Shown here: positions 9,551 through 18,206 of the stretch, piece by piece | How positions within the stretch are numbered: the stretch's first letter is position 1 | Layout: every line of letters starts with the position of its first letter | Assembly (NCBI GenBank): GCA_963806855.1 | Contig: CAWDYW010000003.1 | Coordinates: 288,001 to 352,000, forward strand | DNA length: 64,000 bases | Origin: an uncultured Verrucomicrobiae bacterium | GTDB taxonomy: Bacteria > Chlamydiota > Chlamydiia > Chlamydiales > Rhabdochlamydiaceae | Direction: 5' to 3' | Made by a program: the position numbers and the translations under genes | Notes under the pieces: generated by a model | The model's input: the letters and a program-made list of their open reading frames with translations, nothing else | Told to the model about the DNA's origin: nothing | Database searches by the model: none

Positions 9551-10378
9551 TTAAAGATGGGCCACCTCCAATGAGGTATGAATCCGTTTCAGCTGCAATA
9601 AGAGATCTTCCAGTTGATCTAGAGGCAATTGTGAATCTTTGTCGCTCATTGCCACTGCCGGATTGGGGTGCGCTTCGATGAAAACCAGATCGCATCCCGC
9701 CGCCACAGCAGCCCTTGCCAGCACTCCAATATATTGCCGCTGACCGCCAGAAGAGGTCCCATTGCCGCCGGGCAGCTGCACCGCATGGGTCGCGTCGAAG
9801 CAGACCGGATAGCCGAACTCTTGCATAATCGGGATCCCTCTCATATCGCAGACCAAATTGTTGTAACCAAAGCTGGTGCCCCGATCGGTCAGGATGATAT
9901 TCTGGTTGCCCATCGATTCGATTTTGTCGACCACATTCTTCATGTCCCAAGGCGCCATGAATTGCCCCTTTTTGACATTGACCACCCGCCCTGTCTCTGC
10001 AGCGGCGGCGATCAGATCAGTTTGACGGGACAAGAATGCGGGGATCTGCAAGACATCGCACACATCGCCGACCGCTTTAGCCTCTTCCACAGTGTGGACA
10101 TCGGTCAGTACGGGCAACTCGAATTCGTTCTTAATTCGCTCTAAAATAAGAAGACCCCGTTCTAAGCCGGGGCCTCTGAAAGAGTGGACAGACGAGCGAT
10201 TCGCCTTGTCATAACTGGATTTATAAATGAGGGGGATGCCAAGTCGAAGAGAGAGTTTTTTGAGGTATTCTGCAGTGAAAAGAGCATTCTCCTCGCTCTC
10301 AATCACACATGGACCGCAGATGAGTGCGAGAGGCTTACCATTTCCTAGGGAGAAATTCCCAACCTCTACTTCGCGCAT
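9551..10378 (-). CDS. kdsA: KDO-8-phosphate synthase
   Basis: GPCVIES, KSSYDKANRSS, QIPAFLSRQTDL, NVKKGQF, FDATHAVQ. Confidence 0.98.
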   Translation of the reverse strand: MREVEVGNFSLGNGKPLALICGPCVIESEENALFTAEYLKKLSLRLGIPLIYKSSYDKANRSSVHSFRGPGLERGLLILERIKNEFELPVLTDVHTVEEAKAVGDVCDVLQIPAFLSRQTDLIAAAAETGRVVNVKKGQFMAPWDMKNVVDKIESMGNQNIILTDRGTSFGYNNLVCDMRGIPIMQEFGYPVCFDATHAVQLPGGNGTSSGGQRQYIGVLARAAVAAGCDLVFIEAHPNPAVAMSDKDSQLPLDQLEDLLLQLKRIHTSLEVAHL

Positions 10379-10533
10379 ATTCCCATTAATTATCTATAAT
10401 ACCCTAAATAAATTCAACAGTAAAGCGGCAACTTTTTGGGATAAGGAAGCGTATACAATTTTTTTTAATTGTGGCGCCTTATCTTTGGATTAGTAAAATT
10501 ATCCTCCATAAAAAAATCTAAAAAGGAGATTTT

Positions 10534-11106
10534 ATGAGTCTTGAGCGAGCAGCAGCAGGAGTAGTCATTACATTTATCGGAGCCGATTTAGTTGCCACAG
10601 AAGCACAGAACTGGCGTCAAGGAAAAAATATAGAAAAAATTCGACTTGCTATCGGAATCATCGGAGTCGTAGGTGGACTTTATGAGCTAATGAATCAAGC
10701 AATTTATGTGGCTAGCCAAATTGAACATTGTGGTCCGCGTGGCCTTGATGGCAGATTCAATTGTAAACTACTCAAAGAGGAAGTAGAAAAAAAGTGTGCC
10801 GAGGTTCTAAAACAAGGTACTAGAACAGTTCAAGGTGAAGAAATTCCTCCACTAGATCTTGAAAAGCATGTAGAAGACATCGGAGCCAATTTTGAACATG
10901 GAGTGGATTCTACAGGCTGCTGGACAAGGCTAACTGCAGAAGGTAAAAAATTCTTCAGAGAAAAAGTGTATTTTCATCTCAAACCACATTATGATGCCTT
11001 CATTGAAAGTGGCTCATGGGACCATAGGATCACAAGAAGCAGGCTCCGAATCAAAGGCAGTATTCAAGGTGTATTTTGGGGATGGAAGAAATCATCATCA
11101 GAATGA
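10534..11106 (+). CDS. Hypothetical protein with N-terminal hydrophobic hairpin (Inc-like); paralogue of 11390-11899
   Basis: AAGGAG RBS; two hydrophobic segments; shares CAEVLK.G, LDLEKHVE and LTAEGK.FF with the next gene. Confidence 0.75.
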   Translation: MSLERAAAGVVITFIGADLVATEAQNWRQGKNIEKIRLAIGIIGVVGGLYELMNQAIYVASQIEHCGPRGLDGRFNCKLLKEEVEKKCAEVLKQGTRTVQGEEIPPLDLEKHVEDIGANFEHGVDSTGCWTRLTAEGKKFFREKVYFHLKPHYDAFIESGSWDHRITRSRLRIKGSIQGVFWGWKKSSSE

Positions 11107-11254
11107 AGTAATTCTACAAAAGTCGAGGGGCACTGAGGGTGAACTCTCTCTGCCTTTTGTTTTGTTACAGTCTCGTTTCATCATTGCCTTTGTGATTCAT
11201 TCAGCTCAAATTCGACTTTTGGGGCGCGGAAATATATAAAATTTATTTAAAAAT

Positions 11255-11311
11255 AACAGGATATTAGGATGGTCAGGATAGGAAATATCCTGACTATCCT
11301 AATACCCTGTT
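11255..11311. repeat. AGGAT-rich intergenic inverted repeat (REP-like hairpin)
   Basis: aacaggatattaggatggtcaggata-ggaaa-tatcctgactatcctaataccctgtt. Confidence 0.75.
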
Positions 11312-11327
11312 CGAAATATTTTTATTA

Positions 11328-11356
11328 TTGCTTCTGATCTTTTGGTTTGCTATAAT
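11328..11356 (+). promoter_or_regulatory. sigma66-type promoter
   Basis: TTGCTT-N17-TATAAT upstream of RBS/ATG 11390. Confidence 0.55.
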
Positions 11357-11389
11357 AATTCATATTAAAAAACTAAACAAGGAGATTTT

Positions 11390-11899
11390 ATGATTATTGG
11401 GGTAGGAGTAGGAGGAACAGTAGCGACAATCGGCGGTGCCTATATGGTCTATAGAGGAGCGAAGAATTGGTATAATGGAAAAGATATAGGAAAAATTCAA
11501 GTAGCAATCGGGGTCATTGCCCTAGCCGGTGGAGTATACTCTCACATGATGCTGAGAAAAGCTTTTGATTTGGACTACTGCTGGGGGCACAAACCTGATC
11601 CCAAAATTGGATGTAAAGCACTAGTAGAACAAGTAAAAAAAGCTTGCGCTGAGGTTTTAAAGAAAGGTTATGGGAAAATTCCAGGCCTAGATCTCGAAAA
11701 GCATGTTGAGAGGGTCGGTGCCAACCTTTTTGATGGAGTAGAAAGTCCCAGATGCGATACCGAGCTGACTGCCGAGGGGAAACATTTCTTTATTGCGTCA
11801 GGATTGAAAGAGCCTAGGAAATATTTGTATGAAGCCTTTACTGAGACTGGTCGCAGGATCCATGGGGTGATTCGACATTACCACTCTATTAAAGTCTAA
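11390..11899 (+). CDS. Hypothetical Inc-like protein; paralogue of 10534-11106
   Basis: Same leader (aaggagattttATG); hydrophobic hairpin; four aligned Cys. Confidence 0.75.
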   Translation: MIIGVGVGGTVATIGGAYMVYRGAKNWYNGKDIGKIQVAIGVIALAGGVYSHMMLRKAFDLDYCWGHKPDPKIGCKALVEQVKKACAEVLKKGYGKIPGLDLEKHVERVGANLFDGVESPRCDTELTAEGKHFFIASGLKEPRKYLYEAFTETGRRIHGVIRHYHSIKV

Positions 11900-11934
11900 T
11901 CCATCGCATTATTGGACTTTTCTTTAAAGCACTG

Positions 11935-11970
11935 AGGCGCCGAGGACTTATCCTCGGCGCCTTTGCTTTT
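11935..11970 (+). terminator. Intrinsic terminator
   Basis: aggcgccgagga-ctta-tcctcggcgcct followed by ttgctttt. Confidence 0.75.
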
Positions 11971-11977
11971 ACAGGGG

Positions 11978-12017
11978 CATTTATAGTCTCATTTATAGTC
12001 TCATTTATAGTCTCATT
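11978..12017. repeat. 12-bp tandem repeat (CATTTATAGTCT x3.3) overlapping the stop of the Schlafen-like gene
   Basis: Read directly from the sequence. Confidence 0.9.
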
Positions 12018-13428
12018 CCGAGGGGGTGGAATCGAATTTTTCTTGAACTATTTTCCAGAACCCGTCTTTTTTCGAGCCTATACGTTGGATAATCCCTAAT
12101 GATCTGAGTTGTACAATAACTCTTGCAGTCGTAGCCCGTGACTTCTGAGTTTTGGCAGCGAGATCCTCATAAGAGAGTTTAGCATTCGCTGCTATCAATT
12201 TAAGAATTTCATTCTGTAAATCCGATAAGGAAGCTCTCGATTGAATATCAATCTGAGTCTGAGTAACTTGAGCTATCTCCCTATGGACCAGTGAGGTAAA
12301 TAGAATGGCATCTTTATCATTAATTAAATCGATTTGAGACCAGCTTTCTAGGGCTCTCATGACTCCCGTGCCGAGGCCTCGGTAAGGGAGCATTCCTTTT
12401 GAGATGAAGGAAGTCAGGGTGGGATTGCGTTGAATCGAGGTGCCAGTTCGGATCTTTTCGATGGTCAGATGATCTGGTAGGGATCCGGGACTGATAATTT
12501 CGATCCGATCTTCGAAAACGAAAAGCCGAACGGGGGCGCTAATAAAATAATCGCGGTGGATAAGAGCGTTGACGAGAAGTTCTTCGAATACAAGTTGGGG
12601 GATTTCGGGATCGCCAATGGAATTAACGCTTTTATTATTTTGGACTTTGCGCAGATTTCGCATGATGAACTTTAGAGCGCCTTGGAAAACGTCGATGAGT
12701 GGACCTTCGAAATCTTCGCTATCGAGATAATTGACTCCAATTTTAGTGCCGGGGAATGATGCGGCCTTGATGATAAAGGCGGGTTTAATAAATTGGGGGT
12801 TCTCTGCAAAAAGGAGAACGCCCGCTAGGTTTAATCGCGTTCCCGATGCTAAGTTCATGTTTTCGAGAAGTTGTAGTCTTTTGGGAATAGATTCGGGAAC
12901 TTCTTCATGGTAAAACTTTTTCAGAAACTTTGCAAAAAGCTTGAGGTCTAGTGCTTCGATGCCAGCGCGAGTGGGAACTTCATCGGCATGGAGCAGGTCA
13001 ACCTCCTGGAAAAGGCGCCGGAGCTCTTCTTTAGAATGGATGCGTCTTTTATCAGAGCCGCTTTTCAACCAAATGACCCCTTGATGATCAAAATAGGGTT
13101 TATCGATCCCTTCGGGTATTGTGACAATGATGACAACTCGATCTTCTGCGACTAAGATATTTTGGGTTTGGAAAGTGATTGGGCTTCGGACAAACTGGCT
13201 AGCCGCATTGCTGAGGATTTGGTTGATACGGCTGACATCTTGGCTCGTAAGGCCAATGAGCTCTCCATTATCGGCAACCCCAATGAAGATCTTTCCTCCG
13301 CGGGAATTAGAAAAGGCGACCATCTCAGCCGCGATCGAGTCCGCATTGCGGACATCTATTTTGAATTGATTTTGACCATCTTCTCCATGGGGAATGATTT
13401 TCTCTAATTCCATCAATTCTAATGTCAT
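12013..13428 (-). CDS. AlbA_2/Schlafen-domain protein with RecG-C-like (HATPase_c_4) and C-terminal wHTH domains
   Basis: GE....QFK, AFSNSRGG.IFIGVAD; ELLVNALIHRDY, DRIEIISPGSL, RNP, GLGTG; HTH ending RIGSKKDGFW. Confidence 0.88.
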   Translation of the reverse strand: MTLELMELEKIIPHGEDGQNQFKIDVRNADSIAAEMVAFSNSRGGKIFIGVADNGELIGLTSQDVSRINQILSNAASQFVRSPITFQTQNILVAEDRVVIIVTIPEGIDKPYFDHQGVIWLKSGSDKRRIHSKEELRRLFQEVDLLHADEVPTRAGIEALDLKLFAKFLKKFYHEEVPESIPKRLQLLENMNLASGTRLNLAGVLLFAENPQFIKPAFIIKAASFPGTKIGVNYLDSEDFEGPLIDVFQGALKFIMRNLRKVQNNKSVNSIGDPEIPQLVFEELLVNALIHRDYFISAPVRLFVFEDRIEIISPGSLPDHLTIEKIRTGTSIQRNPTLTSFISKGMLPYRGLGTGVMRALESWSQIDLINDKDAILFTSLVHREIAQVTQTQIDIQSRASLSDLQNEILKLIAANAKLSYEDLAAKTQKSRATTARVIVQLRSLGIIQRIGSKKDGFWKIVQEKFDSTPSE

Positions 13429-13429
13429 T

Positions 13430-13933
13430 TTATCCCTTCTGGCATCCGAGCTTGCGGGCGTGGACCTCTCTCAAATAACCGTTTAACGTTTGGATCGAGT
13501 CGAGGAGGTTGAAGAGGGCTGACCGGTCTTTCTCGAGCAGGGCGATCGGCGTCGACTTCGATTTCTTCGCCAGAATTTTCTCTTTGTACTCCTCCAGCTG
13601 CCGCTTCTCTTGCTGATCCTTCTCTTCATCCTCTTCGTTTTCTACCCAATCGAATTCGGGGGAGATTACATAGGAGAAAAAGCGGTTGCGCATCAGGTTG
13701 AATTTGGGAGGGGGTGCAAAGTTGGCAAAAGGGTGTTGGTTGATGTTCGTTTCGAAGAGCTCATCCCATTTCGTGGTGATCGTCGATTCGGAATTGGCGA
13801 TTTCAAAATGGCGCGGGATCAGATTGGCTTCAGAAATATAGCTGACGTCGAAAAGCGATTGATCGGTCGCGTAACGCTCGTGCGCTTCCATTTTATAATT
13901 ATCGATTGTAACTGCATTTGCTTTTGCCATCAT
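13430..13933 (-). CDS. Chlamydial conserved protein resembling the CT273/DUF5399 family
   Basis: TIDNY..EAHERYA start, FANFAPPPKF core, acidic patch and C-terminal QKG resemble my recollection of that family. Confidence 0.55.
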   Translation of the reverse strand: MMAKANAVTIDNYKMEAHERYATDQSLFDVSYISEANLIPRHFEIANSESTITTKWDELFETNINQHPFANFAPPPKFNLMRNRFFSYVISPEFDWVENEEDEEKDQQEKRQLEEYKEKILAKKSKSTPIALLEKDRSALFNLLDSIQTLNGYLREVHARKLGCQKG

Positions 13934-14057
13934 TTCATCCGTTGCTAGGTATCCGCGATGAAAGTTTCTTTGGAATGGGGATTTTTTTCAAGGTCTATTT
14001 TTTTGTGGATATTAATTTCGGCACTGGTTAACATGTTCGTGTCCAAGCCTGAATTTT

Positions 14058-15590
14058 GTGTGCGAAATGATGAAACAAAAACTACTTCCCCTCCTGTTGT
14101 CCATGCTGCTCTTCTCACGACTAGGGTTTGCCCAATCGGAGCAGGAGGCTCATCACATCAATTTTAACGATGTGCCGGTCATCGAATTCATCCGATTTGT
14201 CAGCAAAATTTGCCAGTCGAATTTCATTTTTGATCATCGGGAACTTGGATTTAATATCACGCTTTCTTCCGGCAAGCCGATGTCGTCTGAAGAGGTGGTC
14301 GAGGCGCTCGTTCAAATGCTCCGGATGCATGGCTTTGCCGTCTCTGCGGAAGGGAACTATTATGTGGTCCATCGCTATAGCGAAGAGGAGCTCAAAAATG
14401 GGGCCCATATCAGACGGGCCGACATTAAGCTCGACAATCTCATTGCGGGGGACATTCCGTCGATGCCCCATGACAGTCTCGAGTTTGCCACCTATAAATT
14501 GCGCTACCATCAAGGGGAAGAGATTGAGTCTGCTCTGAAAAAGATGGCATCCGACATGAGCTCGCGCGCCGATCGGCCGATCAAATTGATCGAGGCGATC
14601 AAGACGATCAATTGTGTCAAGGCGACCAACTCGCTGTTCTTCACGGGCGATGATAAGACAGTCCAAGCGCTCGATAAATTGATCAAGACGCTTGACATCC
14701 CAAGGCGGCAGGTGTTCATCGAGGTGCTCGTGCTTGAGACCGACGCCAAAAAGACAACCGAATTTGGGCTCGACTGGGTGGGCGGCGGAAGATTCAAAGA
14801 CAAGGTCTCATTCGGCGGTGGTAATTTCTCTGGCAGACATAACGGTTTTGCCGATTCAGCGAAATCACTCAATAGGGGAGAGGCTCACACTGGGCTCGAC
14901 TTGATCCCTTTTGGCCGCGGGTTTGATCTCGGCATCATCGGCGATATCATCTTGCACAAAGGAAAAACGTTTCTTACATTAGGCTCGCTCGTCTCCGCTC
15001 TTGAACAAGATGGCGACAGTACGATCGTCCTCAACCAAAAAATCGTCACGCAAGACAACAAAAACTCGAAAATATTCGTCGGGGATAACATTCCGTTCAC
15101 AGGTTCCGTCGTCTCGACAGTGGGGCTCAACCAGCAGACAACTGCCAATATCGAGTACCGCGACATCGGAGTATCCCTTAGCATTACCCCCATGCTCGGG
15201 GAAGATGACATCATCAGCCTTGATATCAGTCAGGAGATCACCGAGGCGGTCGGCGACCATTTGGCCTCGACAGTCGAGGTTGAGGGGATCCGAACCACTA
15301 AAACCAACATGCAGACCCTCGCCCACGTTCCCGATAACCACTTCCTCATCCTCAGCGGCATGGCCCGCAATGCCAAATCGTTCCAAAAAGCGGGGATTCC
15401 TTGCTTGGGCGGCCTCCCGGTCATTGGGGCAGCCTTTTCCAAAAACAAGAAACTGAATGAAAAGCGCAACGTGCTGATCTTCGTCAGACCTCACATTATC
15501 AATACCTTCGAAGAGTATGCCCGCATCACAGAGCGGCAAGAGGACTACTGCAAGGTGCCTGAGTCTGTCCGCTGCACTGACGAAGGGTAA
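14058..15590 (+). CDS. Secretin, short CdsC/SctC-like (real start probably ~14067-14070)
   Basis: Signal peptide; INFNDVPVIEFIRFVSKI N-domain; LDIPRRQVFIEVLVLE, IEYRDIGVSLSITP, GIPCLGGLPVIGAAF, LIFVRPHII secretin motifs. Confidence 0.88.
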   Translation: MCEMMKQKLLPLLLSMLLFSRLGFAQSEQEAHHINFNDVPVIEFIRFVSKICQSNFIFDHRELGFNITLSSGKPMSSEEVVEALVQMLRMHGFAVSAEGNYYVVHRYSEEELKNGAHIRRADIKLDNLIAGDIPSMPHDSLEFATYKLRYHQGEEIESALKKMASDMSSRADRPIKLIEAIKTINCVKATNSLFFTGDDKTVQALDKLIKTLDIPRRQVFIEVLVLETDAKKTTEFGLDWVGGGRFKDKVSFGGGNFSGRHNGFADSAKSLNRGEAHTGLDLIPFGRGFDLGIIGDIILHKGKTFLTLGSLVSALEQDGDSTIVLNQKIVTQDNKNSKIFVGDNIPFTGSVVSTVGLNQQTTANIEYRDIGVSLSITPMLGEDDIISLDISQEITEAVGDHLASTVEVEGIRTTKTNMQTLAHVPDNHFLILSGMARNAKSFQKAGIPCLGGLPVIGAAFSKNKKLNEKRNVLIFVRPHIINTFEEYARITERQEDYCKVPESVRCTDEG

Positions 15591-15622
15591 ATTAAATCTT
15601 TAATTATTATTTTGATTATTAG

Positions 15623-15651
15623 TTGCATATAATTATATTAAATGCTATAAT
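15623..15651 (+). promoter_or_regulatory. sigma66-type promoter
   Basis: TTGCAT-N17-TATAAT upstream of AAGGAG/ATG 15686. Confidence 0.55.
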
Positions 15652-15685
15652 TAGTATATTATTATTAATAATAAGGAGATTTAAT

Positions 15686-16345
15686 ATGTCTATTTCAAGT
15701 GATCAATTTTTTAATGCGGCTACAACAGTGCTTCCCTTGCTTAGCGGAGTGCTCGTTGGGCAAGCATTAAATAAAGCCAGAGGTTTTAATGAGGAAGCTG
15801 GAATTTCTTTGGGAACTGTCACAAACTTAGCGCTTGGAGTGTTTGCGGCAAGTTTTTCGAGCCTGGTTCGTTACAACGAAAGTCCAAGTATTGAGAATAC
15901 CGTCTTCAAAATTGCTCTGTTCGCTGTGCCAATTTTATTCTTGTGCCTAAATAGAACACAAGTTACCGCTCTAGAAGCTAAAGAGGTTACAGTTAGTGCT
16001 GGAAAACCTTTAGAATGTGAAAAACTATTTAAAAAAGCAAAGCGGGCTGAAGTTCATCATACTCCTCAAATTATCGCCCTTGAACCTAAGAAGGCTACAG
16101 TTGTTGAAAAGCCTTCAGTTGCCCCTGCCATTTTGGCTCAGCTCCCTGAAAAGGAGAATGGCGAAGTCAAAATAAGACAGGCTGCCATGGCTGTAGCAAA
16201 AGGTGTAGAACAGTTAAGCGAGAGTCTTCCGGCCAAATATGACGAGGCATTTGAAAAGCAAGTGCTCGAGGTCATCAATGGGCAAGGATCTGCTGAGGAA
16301 AAAGATGAGCGAATTTTAGCTCTCGTTAATGCACGCAAGCTGTAA
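15686..16345 (+). CDS. Membrane protein with three N-terminal hydrophobic segments and a charged tail (Inc-like candidate)
   Basis: ATG 15686 follows AAGGAG; hydrophobic stretches followed by a K/E-rich helical region. Confidence 0.7.
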   Translation: MSISSDQFFNAATTVLPLLSGVLVGQALNKARGFNEEAGISLGTVTNLALGVFAASFSSLVRYNESPSIENTVFKIALFAVPILFLCLNRTQVTALEAKEVTVSAGKPLECEKLFKKAKRAEVHHTPQIIALEPKKATVVEKPSVAPAILAQLPEKENGEVKIRQAAMAVAKGVEQLSESLPAKYDEAFEKQVLEVINGQGSAEEKDERILALVNARKL

Positions 16346-16421
16346 AAATTAATTCTGCTTGTCGGCAATTGATAGGTCCCGTTAACATCTTCGGAAATTA
16401 AATTCTTACCGAAGGTGTCTA

Positions 16422-18205
16422 ATGGGATTCGTCAATCAAGCATGCACAACTCTTACCCAACCATTTCTAAATGAAGTCAATATCGACGTCGTCTGCAAGG
16501 ACGAGGTGCTTAAGTTTGTCCCGATCGTTTTGGCAGCAGGCATAGCCACTGTTGCGACTGGCCTCATCGGGCGCCGCGTTTATCAGGCTTTCCAGAATTC
16601 AAATTACCTTCAAGCCGCTCGTATTGGCCTTCTGAAAAATGTCCAAGATGCGATTGCGAAAAAGGTGGATCTTAATCAACAGGACCCCGTCACTGGGGAT
16701 ACCGCGCTTCACTTCGCCCTTGTTAATCAACATACTGGAGTAATCAATGCTCTCCTTGATGCTGGAGCAAGTGTCGCTACTACGAATCAAAAGGGTGAAA
16801 CTTCACTCTATATCGCCTGCCAAAATAAAGACGCTGCAGTTATTAGGAAGATCATTAGCAAGAAAGCTAATGTCAATGCAAAAGATGCTGCGGGGAATAC
16901 ACCTCTGATGTGCGCGGTGAAAAAGGGCTCACTGGAGGCGGTGAAGGTGCTTGTCGAGGCGGCCGGATTGAGATAAATGCTCAGAATCAAGTTGGGGAAA
17001 CCGCTCTAGCTTTATCTGCCCGCGAATATCCCGCTATTCTAAAGGTCCTTTTGCAAAGAGGAGCCAATCCCGACCTCCCCGATGAAAAGGGACAAATTCC
17101 GCTGCACCATGCAGTCGATCAAGAAAACGTTGAGGCGATTGAGGCTTTACTTGAGGCAACTCAGGACTGCAATCGTCGCGACGAGGACGGCAAGACACCG
17201 CTGCATCTGACGGTTCACCATGTTAGCAGCCGCCTATCCAGTGCCGATGCGCTGCTAAAATGCGACAAAATCGACACCAGTATTCTCAATAAGGCAGGAG
17301 AGTCGGCTCTGCACGAGGCGTGTGTTCGGATGACTGCGAATAACCAATTGGCTTTGAAATTCATTGGATCGAAGAAATTTAACCTCGATCTTTTGACTGA
17401 GGATGGAAATACCGCAGCTCATATCGCTTTGGTCCATCAAAATTATGAAGTGCTTGAAGCGTTGCATCAGGCTGGAGCCCGGATGGATATTGCTAACAAA
17501 GATGGAAAAGTTGTCAGGCAAGGCAACGATGACAAATTGGCGATGCTGTACGAAACATACACTGTCGAACAGCTGCAAGACTTAAGAATCGAAGGGCTAA
17601 CAGCCATTGAATGGGCGACGATTTATTGCCTCCCTTCAATTGAAAACGTGCTGAATAAAAAGGGAATCTATTTTACTTTTGCCAAAGCGGATAAAGAGCG
17701 GCTCATGACTAAAGCGATGGCAGTGATGTCGCAGAAAGGAAAAGAGTGGTGGGAACGGAACTCGCCTATTAAAATCAAAGAATTCCGTGAGCTTTGGGAA
17801 GATATCGATCAACTAACGAATCAAGATCATCATCTGAAACAACCAGAACTGTTTCAACTTTGTCGTCACTATGTCAAATCGAGTTTAGAAAGAAGAGCAT
17901 TGGTTGCAGCGCATAAACACGCTGGAACCCATGTTTTTCTCTCTGATTTCTTGTTTAGCAGCCATTATGAAGTTGTATGGTATAACACATTTTTTATCGC
18001 ATTACTCCCAGAAAGGCTCAGGCAAGTGCTGGCCAATAGAACTCCCAATCTGCCGCAGATGTTTGCGCAGCTAAAGGAGAATTTGCCTCTTCAAATTAGG
18101 GAAATTTTGGAGCGAGAAATCTCCCTTAACGAACTTGAGCAGTTTATTCCCCTACTCATCGCGGGAATGAATGCTGCGGTTCCTGATCGAGGAGGAGCAG
18201 TTTAA
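16422..18205 (+). pseudogene. TM-anchored ankyrin-repeat protein split by a single frameshift near 16965 (pseudogene or assembly indel)
   Basis: ORF 16422-16976 ends VEAAG and ORF 16910-18205 continues IEINAQNQVGETAL; the ankyrin register is continuous across a -1 shift. Confidence 0.8.
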
Positions 18206-18206
18206 T

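Noticed and set aside
11978..12017. Possible CRISPR-like repeat
   Set aside because: 12-bp units with no spacers and no cas genes; no CRISPR array was seen anywhere in the window
16950..16980. Programmed -1 frameshift in the ankyrin gene
   Set aside because: No slippery heptamer or homopolymer at the junction; a single-base loss explains it
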